64,000 nucleotides of DNA from an uncultured bacterium (lineage in GTDB: Bacteria; Bacillota; Clostridia; Christensenellales; HGM11417), in the NCBI GenBank assembly GCA_905215695.1, contig CAJMQN010000007.1, forward strand, positions 17,938-81,937. The letters are read 5' to 3'. Positions 38,222 to 45,466 of this stretch are shown in pieces. The notes under the pieces are model-generated. The model made no database searches and had not been told where the DNA came from. It worked only from the letters and a program-made list of their open reading frames with translations. Each line of letters starts with the position of its first letter. The stretch's first letter is position 1. Made by a program: the position numbers and the translations under genes.

Positions 38222-40165
38222 ATGAGAACGGTAGCAAAGAAATGGGGAATCGGTCTGCTCGCGTTGATCCTGACGGTTTGCGCCTTCGGGTTCGTCGGAA
38301 CGGCGGGATCCGCCCGAGCGGAGGAGAAGACGGATATTACCGGGAAGATTGTCGTTTGGGACGATGCCAACCAGGCGGAGCATGACTATACGGAGATTCG
38401 TCTGCTTTTAAATTCGGGGGCGCTTGATTTTCAAGGTTATATCAATGACGGCGTAGAAACGAAAGTCACTGTGGACCTCTGCGAGTATCTCTATATCGGG
38501 GTCGGCGAGGGCGAGAGCTATGTCGAGCACAAAGTCAGAGATTTGCTGAACGCGAACAACAACGGAGAGACGTCCTATAAAGGCGCGGACTTTCCATTGA
38601 GCATGGGCGGAGAATTTGCTCCTGTTATCGTTCAGTATGCCGGAGGAGATATTGTCATCCGTATCCTGAAGGAGTTTGTACCCTATGGAGAATTTAATCT
38701 GCGGCTGAAAACTGGTTTTGAGGTTGACGTTGCCGAAAAAGCGTGCGTCATCGGCGAGGACATCGTTTACGGTTATGCCAACGGAAACTGGACGCGCAAA
38801 TACGACATCACTTGGGTTGTCGGCGACAGGGAGACCAAAGAAATCCATCCCGCCGGCAGTCTTGTACCTGAGTTTACCGGAAGCACGGACAAGGAAAGTA
38901 CCGTAGATAAAGTTTTCACTTTTACGGGATGGTCTCCTGAACCCGGATCTGTGAACGCGCACGCGACCTATACGGCGCAGTACTCCGAGGCGACGCGGCA
39001 GTACGACGTGACGATAGGCGACGCCGCGCCGGTCAAAGTGGATTACGGTGCGAAACTCCAAAAACCCGAAGATCCGACCAAAGCCCCCACGAACACCGAA
39101 GTTTTCACCTTTGACAAATGGGTAATCGACGGAACGGAAACCGCCTGGAATTTCGAGACGGATACCGTGAAAGGCGACACCGTTTTAAAGGCGGTATTTA
39201 CCTCGGCGGAACGCAAATATTCGGTCACCTTCGACGGAAAAGACGAACAGAAGGTTTCCTATGATTCTACGATAACCAAGCCTTCTTCCGATCCGACCAA
39301 ACCGTCCGACGCGCAGTATGACTACGTCTTCGACGGCTGGTACAACGGCGATACGAAGTGGAATTTTGAAACGGATAAAGTGAGGGCGGATCTTGCGCTG
39401 ACCTCCAAATTTACCGGGACGCTGCGCTCTTACGAGATCACGATTGCGTTTGAAGGAATCGAAAAAGAAAGTGTGACGCTGACCCTCGACTACGGCACGC
39501 AAGTGGATTTCATCCCCTATAAGGTGGCGGGATACGACTTCAAGATTATGAACGGAGAGGAAGAGATCACCTCGCTGACGGTAACCGGCGAAACCTCTTT
39601 AAAACTCGTCTATGCGCCGCGAAAGATTGCGGTTTCCTTCGACGCGAACGGCGGAACGGGCAGTATGGCTGTCATGGAAATTCCCTACGGCGTGGAAACC
39701 GCGCTGACGAAGAATTCTCTGACCCGTACGGGCTACACCTTTGCGGGCTGGGCGACGAGCGCGGCGGGCGAGGTCGTCTATGCGGACGGAGCGAAAGTCA
39801 ATCTGACCTCCGAGGAAGACGTGACGCTGTACGCGGTCTGGACGAAGAACAGCTATCGGGTGACCTATGAGGACGAGAACGGCGAGACGGTGAAAGAGTC
39901 CGCGACGGTCGCGTTCGGCGACTCGGTGGATTTGACCGCGCCGACCGCACCCGAAGGCAGGACCTTTGACGGCTGGTACTATAACGGAGAAAAGGTGACT
40001 TCGCTCACAATGCCGGCGGGTGACGTCGTCCTGGTTGCGAAATTTGCGGACAAAGCGCCGGAAAAGGGCGGCTGCGGCGGTTGCGGCGGAACTTCCTCCG
40101 CGGGAATGGCGGGTCTTTTGACGCTCGGTCTTGCGGCGGCATTTGCAATCAAGTGGAGATTCTGA
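38222..40165 (+). CDS. Secreted protein with Listeria-Bacteroides repeats and a doubled GCG C-terminal tail (647 aa)
   Basis: Signal peptide ending ARA-EE. At least five Flg_new-type repeats (FTFTGWSPEP..., FTFDKWVIDG..., YVFDGWYNGD..., GYTFAGWATSAAGEVVYADGAKVNLTSEEDVTLYAVW, RTFDGWYYNG...). C-terminus GGCGGCGGTSSAGMAGLLTLGLAAAFAIKWRF (40067-40165). Confidence 0.8.
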   Translation: MRTVAKKWGIGLLALILTVCAFGFVGTAGSARAEEKTDITGKIVVWDDANQAEHDYTEIRLLLNSGALDFQGYINDGVETKVTVDLCEYLYIGVGEGESYVEHKVRDLLNANNNGETSYKGADFPLSMGGEFAPVIVQYAGGDIVIRILKEFVPYGEFNLRLKTGFEVDVAEKACVIGEDIVYGYANGNWTRKYDITWVVGDRETKEIHPAGSLVPEFTGSTDKESTVDKVFTFTGWSPEPGSVNAHATYTAQYSEATRQYDVTIGDAAPVKVDYGAKLQKPEDPTKAPTNTEVFTFDKWVIDGTETAWNFETDTVKGDTVLKAVFTSAERKYSVTFDGKDEQKVSYDSTITKPSSDPTKPSDAQYDYVFDGWYNGDTKWNFETDKVRADLALTSKFTGTLRSYEITIAFEGIEKESVTLTLDYGTQVDFIPYKVAGYDFKIMNGEEEITSLTVTGETSLKLVYAPRKIAVSFDANGGTGSMAVMEIPYGVETALTKNSLTRTGYTFAGWATSAAGEVVYADGAKVNLTSEEDVTLYAVWTKNSYRVTYEDENGETVKESATVAFGDSVDLTAPTAPEGRTFDGWYYNGEKVTSLTMPAGDVVLVAKFADKAPEKGGCGGCGGTSSAGMAGLLTLGLAAAFAIKWRF

Positions 40166-40169
40166 TGAA

Positions 40170-41300
40170 ATGAAAGGCAGAAAAATCATGCGTCGGGTGT
40201 TGATTGCGGCACTGTGTCTCACCTTTCCCGTGTTGGCGACGGCTTGCGGAGAACCCGAGGGAGCGCTTCCCGAGGTGAAAATCCTCGCTCCCTCGGGGGA
40301 AGTCTGCTCCTATACGGACGCCGCGGAAAGGTATCTGAAGGCGAACGACCCGAACGTGGGTGACTATTACAACCCCGAACTTTTGAACGCGGACAAACCC
40401 GTTACGATCGAATGGCAGTGCGGCGGAGAGAACGTCGTCGGCTACGCGGTGGAGTACGGGACGAAGGCGGACTATTCGGACGCGATCCGCGTGGAGACGT
40501 CCGCCGACGTTTTCGAGACGGACCTGTATAATCTTTGGAAGGGAACGAAATATTATGTCCGCGTGACCGCGTTGCTTGAGAAAGGAAAAACCGCCGTGGC
40601 GGAGAGCACTTTTACGACTTCTGCGCTCGGACCGAGGGTCATGAAGATAGAGGGCGTTTACAATGCGCGCGATCTCGGCGGTTATACGGCTGAAAACGGG
40701 AAGACGACGTTGCAGGGAATGGTTTATCGGGGCGGCGCGCTCAGCCCGAGCCGGGACTATCAGACAATCTATATCACCGACGCGGGAAAAGCCTTCATGA
40801 GCGAGACCATGGAAATTCGTCTCGAAATGGATCTCCGCAGTCAGGGCGAAAACTTAAATGTTCCGGCGGGTGCGAGCGTGATTCCGGGCGCGAGAATGGA
40901 GTATTTTCATGTGGACGGTTATCTGTCCGCGTTCTCCGACGACTTCAAGGGCAATTTCCGAAACGTGTTTTCCGCCCTTGCGGTGCGGGACAATTACCCG
41001 GTGTACATGCATTGCACCGGCGGAGCGGACCGCACGGGAACGGTGGCATTTCTGTTCAACGCGCTTCTGGGGATTCCCGAAGAGGATTTGATTCACGACT
41101 ATGAATTTACCTCCTTCTCTTTCTACGGCGAGCGGAACAGCAAGACGGGGTACTACGCGGACTATTTTATTCCGTTCCGGGCGCAGCTCGAAACCTTCCC
41201 CGGGGAAACGCTTTCGGAAAAAACGGAAAACTATCTTCTGTCTATCGGCGTAACGGAACAGGAAATTCAAAATATCAGAGCGATTATGTTCGGCGAATAG
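40170..41300 (+). CDS. Secreted lipoprotein with a protein-tyrosine-phosphatase-like (CX5R) domain
   Basis: Lipobox VLATAC and active-site-like HCTGGADRTG. The alternative start is 40188. Confidence 0.7.
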   Translation: MKGRKIMRRVLIAALCLTFPVLATACGEPEGALPEVKILAPSGEVCSYTDAAERYLKANDPNVGDYYNPELLNADKPVTIEWQCGGENVVGYAVEYGTKADYSDAIRVETSADVFETDLYNLWKGTKYYVRVTALLEKGKTAVAESTFTTSALGPRVMKIEGVYNARDLGGYTAENGKTTLQGMVYRGGALSPSRDYQTIYITDAGKAFMSETMEIRLEMDLRSQGENLNVPAGASVIPGARMEYFHVDGYLSAFSDDFKGNFRNVFSALAVRDNYPVYMHCTGGADRTGTVAFLFNALLGIPEEDLIHDYEFTSFSFYGERNSKTGYYADYFIPFRAQLETFPGETLSEKTENYLLSIGVTEQEIQNIRAIMFGE

Positions 41301-41357
41301 AGCCGACCGCAAAAAATAGACCCGGTGAATGTATCCGTTCATCGGGTCTTTTTCAGT

Positions 41358-42742
41358 TCACGAGCCGACGTTCAGCGCACCCTTGCGTTTGTCGAGAATG
41401 CGCGGAAGCATCACAAAGAAGCAGGTGGCGGTGACAATCCCTGCGGCAATGTCAGCGATGCCCTCGCTGTAGAACACGCCGGCAACGCCGAACGCATAGG
41501 GGAGCGCAAAACAGAGGGGAATCAGCAGAATGACTTTTCGGAGGCAGGCAAGAAAGATAGAAATTTTTGCCTGATTGAGTGCGACAAAGACATTCTGCAA
41601 AGTCATCTGCGCAAAAAACATAATCGTACCCATCATAAAGAAGGGCGTATAGGTGCGCACGATTTCCATGACGGAAGGCGTCGCGCTGAAGAGATATCCG
41701 TAAACCTGCGGCAGGGTCAAAGACAAGAGCCAAACCGCGGTACTGCAACAGAGCGCGACAATCGTGACGATTTTGACGGTCTGTCGAATGCGTGCGGCGT
41801 TTCCCGTGCCGTAATTGTAACTGACGAGAGGCTGAACCCCCGTACCCAGCCCGTTGAGGGGCAGACAGGTCATCTGAATCGCAGAGAGCATGATGGTGAG
41901 CGCGGCGGTATAATCGCTGTTGCCTCCCGACCAGCGTGTCAGATTGATATTGAAAACAATTTGAATAGCGCTTTCCGTCACACTCATGATAAAGGGCGAA
42001 AGCCCCAGCAGGAGAATGCGAAAAACAATCCTTGCCCGCGGGAGAAAGAATTTGGGTTGAAACCGAAAAGCGGTCTTTTTGCGAAAAAAGAACGCCGTCA
42101 CCCAAATTGCGGAGACACCCTGCGAAAGAATGGTGGCGAGCGCCGCGCCTCGGACGCCCAAGTCGAAAGCGTAGATAAAGAGCGGGTCAAGCGCGATATT
42201 GAGCACCGCGCCGATCGTCACCGTGAGCATGGAAGTGACGCTGTAGCCCTGCGCCGTGATAAAGGGATTCAATCCCAAAGAAAACATGACGAAAATCGTT
42301 CCTGTTCCGTATAAAAAGAGATAGTCCGACGCATAGGAAAAACTCGAATCGGGCGCACCGAAGAGCCGGATGAGCGGGTCGCCCAAGGTGAGAAGGAGAA
42401 CGGTGAGAAGAATCCCGAACAAAGCGAGCAGCACCGCGCCGGCATGAAAGACTTTTGCCGCATCATCTCTGCGGTTTTCACCGAGAAAAATGCTCGCAAG
42501 CGGAGCGCCGCCCATGCCGACCAAACTGCTGAATGCGCTCACAATGAGCGTAATAGGGAACACGACCCCAAGCCCGCGAGCGCATCCGTGCCGACCCCCT
42601 CCATTCCGCCGACGTACATGCGATCGACAAGGTTATAGAGGAGATTGATGATCTGCGCGACGACAGCGGGAACGGCGAGTTTGACAATCAGTTTTCCCAC
42701 AGGGTCCCGACCGAGGTCGAGCCCTTTTCCGTTTAAAGCCAT
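41358..42742 (-). pseudogene. MATE-family efflux transporter interrupted by a frameshift
   Basis: The N-terminal piece (42742 down to 42539; MALNGKGLDLGRDPVGKLIVKLAVPAVVAQIINLLYNLVDRMYVGG...ALAGLG) continues in another frame (VFPITLIVSAFSSLVGMGGAPLAS...). The shift occurs at the C4/G4 run 42566-42569. One extra G would restore ...AGLGVVFPIT.... Confidence 0.75.
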
Positions 42743-42945
42743 AGTTCCGCTATTATACCATAAGCCGCCGCCGAAGTCAAAGCGCGTCCGTTCCCTCTCC
42801 AAACAATCGCGCTATCCCTTCCTCCGTCGCTCTGCTTTGCCCCTTATCCTTGTTGCCCACCCGTTTTCCGCAATCTTTTCCACGTTGCCATCGCCTCGCC
42901 CGCCGCAGCTTCCAAAAAAATTGGAAATATTTGTCTTTTTCCCAT

Positions 42946-42974
42946 TGACACGAACAAATGTTTGTGTTATAATT
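42946..42974 (+). promoter_or_regulatory. Consensus sigma-A promoter at the left edge of the tail module
   Basis: TTGACA (42946-42951), 17-nt spacer, TGtTATAAT (42966-42974). Confidence 0.7.
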
Positions 42975-43029
42975 TGGTCGAAATCGAAAAAGGAGGGCAG
43001 GACGGGAGACTTTTTGCCGAAAGGGGATT

Positions 43030-43257
43030 ATGAAAGAAAGCGAACGGGAGACGGCGGTGCGGCTGTACTGTCCCAACTGCGGGCACAGGATTACGGCGTA
43101 CAGCGGGGCGGACGGGGCAGTCCGGACGGAATGCCCGAGGTGTCGGGTCGCTTTGTTCAGCAAGCGGAGAGGGGCGAGAGAGATCGACATCAAAATGAAA
43201 GCGGCGGTTTTCGCCGGAACGTATCGGAATTCGCAAGGGAACACCGGGTCGTCCTGA
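43030..43257 (+). CDS. Small zinc-ribbon protein (Mu Com-like CxxC...CxxC)
   Basis: 75 aa. LYCPNCGHRITAYSGADGAVRTECPRCRVALF has the spacing of Com-type and small phage zinc ribbons. Confidence 0.5.
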   Translation: MKESERETAVRLYCPNCGHRITAYSGADGAVRTECPRCRVALFSKRRGAREIDIKMKAAVFAGTYRNSQGNTGSS

Positions 43258-43352
43258 AACAGCGGACGGGTAAATCCCGGGAAAGCCTTCCCTGCGGATA
43301 GGGTTTGCAAAGCGCGGTAACGCCGCGCCAGAGCGGGAGCTATTTTAAGGTA

Positions 43353-43411
43353 TCCCGGCGAACCGGACAGAAACTTCAATGTTTCGGTCGGTTTGCCGGG
43401 ATTTTTATTTT
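43353..43411 (+). terminator. Strong intrinsic terminator between the Zn-ribbon gene and the sigma-like gene
   Basis: Extended hairpin tcccggcgaaccg...cggtttgccggga with an inner gaaac/gtttc stem, followed by tttttatttt just before the RBS GGAGGA of the next gene. Confidence 0.65.
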
Positions 43412-43429
43412 GAAACGGAGGATTATGTT

Positions 43430-43945
43430 ATGAAAACGGTGTATTGGAGGGACGCCGAGGGGCGTCGCGTGGAAACGGAAGTGCGGGAAGAGGTCGCAAA
43501 GGCAATGGAGGAATCCCGCCGCGAGGCATGGCGGGGGGAAGCGAAACGCAGGTATTACGGAGTTTCGCTCGAAAACTTGCGGGAAACGGGTTTTCCGTTC
43601 CGCGGCGAACCCGGACCGGAAGAACTGCTCATCGAGCGGGAACGAAAAAGAGAGGAGCGCACGAGCTTGCGGAACTCGCTTTCCCGTCTCACCGCGGAGC
43701 AGAAAACGGTGATAAAACTGCTGTATTTCGAGGGGCTTTCCCTTCGCGAAACCGCCGCGCGGCTCGGAATCAGCTATCAGGCGGTACAGCGCCGCCGAGA
43801 CCGCATTTTGCAGAAATTAAAAATTTTGTACGAAAAAGGGTTGTATTTTGACCCGAATTTCTCTGTAAAGTGTAGGGCGGAAACGAGGACGCGGCGCGGG
43901 CGTCACAAGCGGACCGTTTCAAATTTCAAAAGACAGGGAAGTTAG
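43430..43945 (+). CDS. Sigma-70 region-4-type HTH protein (phage-type sigma/activator)
   Basis: LTAEQKTVIKLLYFEGLSLRETAARLGISYQAVQRRRDRILQKLK is a region 4.2 HTH. About 171 aa. GGAGGA lies upstream of the ATG at 43430. Confidence 0.65.
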   Translation: MKTVYWRDAEGRRVETEVREEVAKAMEESRREAWRGEAKRRYYGVSLENLRETGFPFRGEPGPEELLIERERKREERTSLRNSLSRLTAEQKTVIKLLYFEGLSLRETAARLGISYQAVQRRRDRILQKLKILYEKGLYFDPNFSVKCRAETRTRRGRHKRTVSNFKRQGS

Positions 43946-43992
43946 GGGAAGAGCCGCCGCGGCGGCGCCCCGCCTTGAAGACGGAGGAGACC

Positions 43993-44349
43993 ATGAATAT
44001 TTTGGAAAAGCTCTGCGCGCTGCTCACTGCCGAAGGGCGGCAGATCAAGTACGGCGTGCGGACGGAGGAAACGGCGGATTGTCTGATTACGATCAGGACG
44101 GGGGAGAGCGGGACGCCCGCGGCGCATCTGCGGGATGCGGCGGACGTCTCCTATCCCGTCGTCATTCTGTCCGTGTATGACGGCGATTTTATGAGCGCGT
44201 ATCGGCTCTTGGAAACGCTGAAAGCGGAAATCAAAGCCGCCGTCAAAGATTCGGTGCATATTCTGCACCGACGGGACAGGGAGACGAAGTACGACGCCGC
44301 GGCGGGCAGATACGAGCTCTCGGCGGAATTTAAAATCATTCAAATTTAA
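43993..44349 (+). CDS. Putative tail terminator / tail-completion protein
   Basis: 118 aa, positioned immediately upstream of the major tail gene. Its size and alternating-strand pattern are typical of gpU/gp17-like proteins. The assignment rests on position. Confidence 0.4.
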   Translation: MNILEKLCALLTAEGRQIKYGVRTEETADCLITIRTGESGTPAAHLRDAADVSYPVVILSVYDGDFMSAYRLLETLKAEIKAAVKDSVHILHRRDRETKYDAAAGRYELSAEFKIIQI

Positions 44350-44363
44350 AGGAGAAAAAAGAC

Positions 44364-44768
44364 ATGGCATATACGGGATTGACCGCAAGTTTGAAAATTG
44401 GCAATAACGATACAATCGCCTATATCAGCAATTGGAGCGTAGAGGAGACCAAGGATACGATTGAACTGACGAAATTGGGAGTGGGATATAAGGAAAAAAT
44501 TCCGTCGCTGTACTCTTGGTCGGCAAGCGCGGACGGAACGGCGGACTTTACAAGCGCCGCAAACCAAAAAACGCTGCGAAACGCTATGATTTCGGGCGAA
44601 TCGGTGACCGTTAATTTTTATCTTGATTCGGCGACCTACCTGACCGGCACGGCGATTGTGGAGTCGATGAGTCTCGACATCTCGGCGGAGGACAAGGGGA
44701 ACATTTCCATCAGTCTTTCGGGAACGGACCAACTTCAGCTGATCACTTCGGAATCGGCGCAGGCATAA
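44364..44768 (+). CDS. Phage major tail (tube) protein, TP901-1/phi13-like
   Basis: 134 aa. MAYTGLTASLKIGNNDTIAYISNWSVEETKDTIELTKLG...WSASADGTADF resembles small siphovirus tube proteins. A strong RBS (AAAGGAG) precedes it. Confidence 0.65.
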   Translation: MAYTGLTASLKIGNNDTIAYISNWSVEETKDTIELTKLGVGYKEKIPSLYSWSASADGTADFTSAANQKTLRNAMISGESVTVNFYLDSATYLTGTAIVESMSLDISAEDKGNISISLSGTDQLQLITSESAQA

Positions 44769-44779
44769 CTTTTGCTTTC

Positions 44780-44810
44780 GGGGCGGCGGTCCGCCGCCCC
44801 TTTCTTTTTT
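44780..44810 (+). terminator. Hairpin plus T-run directly after the major tail gene
   Basis: ggggcggcgg-t-ccgccgcccc followed by tttctttttt. Confidence 0.6.
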
Positions 44811-44826
44811 GATTGGGAGAATCACG

Positions 44827-45189
44827 ATGTATATCAAATTGGACAGGGACTACGAAGTCAAGTGCACGCTCGGCACCATCAAGGATATCGAAACGAGCTT
44901 TCAGAAACCCTTTTTCACGCTCGCGTCCGCGCTCGACAAACTGACGACGGACGAGCAAATCCGGTTTCTCTACGCCGGCGTCCGTCGGGCTGACCCTTCG
45001 GTGACGCGGGAGCGTTTTACCGATGCCTGCGAGGAGATGCTCGGGATCGGCGATTTGGTGGAATATCTCGAGAAATTCGTGTTGCAGCTCCAATATCCCG
45101 GGCTGTCGCAGGAGGAAATTCGGGAGAAGATTGAAAAAAAACTGCAAGCGGCGGAGAGAATCAAGGATTTGACTGGAGCGAAATCCTGA
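44827..45189 (+). CDS. Tail assembly chaperone (gpG-like, short product)
   Basis: It sits between the tube protein and the tape measure. About 120 aa and acidic. It contains the slippery site near its 3' end. Confidence 0.6.
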   Translation: MYIKLDRDYEVKCTLGTIKDIETSFQKPFFTLASALDKLTTDEQIRFLYAGVRRADPSVTRERFTDACEEMLGIGDLVEYLEKFVLQLQYPGLSQEEIREKIEKKLQAAERIKDLTGAKS

Positions 45190-45464
45190 AGGCGGGCGCG
45201 GCATTTTCTCTCAAGCCGCAGGAAATTTACGAAATGGAGCTGTGGGAATTCAACGCGTTCATGCAGGGGTGTGAAGTCCGCAGAAAAACAGATACCGCAA
45301 ACTGCATCCTGACGGGTTACTACGGCGCGTACTACGCGAACGGCGGAAGGAAGGCAAAGAGCCCGGACGAGCTGATTCGTCGCCTGTTTCAGAAAAAGCA
45401 GAGCTTTGAGGAAGGTTTGCGGGAGATTCAGAGAATCAAAAACCTTGAGAGGGGAGGAAACTAA
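44827..45464 (+). CDS. Tail assembly chaperone long form (gpGT-like) via a programmed -1 frameshift
   Basis: The -1 frame is open from 45135 to the stop at 45464. The predicted junction is ...REKIEKK|TASGGENQGFDWSEILKAGAAFSLKPQEIYEMELWEFNAFMQG.... Confidence 0.55.
45135..45141 (+). other. Slippery heptamer A_AAA_AAA for the -1 ribosomal frameshift
   Basis: The zero-frame codons are GAA AAA AAA CTG. The -1 frame has a TGA at 45132-45134 and is open thereafter. Confidence 0.55.
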
Positions 45465-45466
45465 TT

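Noticed and set aside
45234-45464. Independent 76-aa gene starting at the ATG at 45234
   Set aside because: The frame is open upstream back to the slippery site at 45135, and no RBS precedes 45234. Its position between the chaperone and the tape measure fits the GT frameshift extension better.
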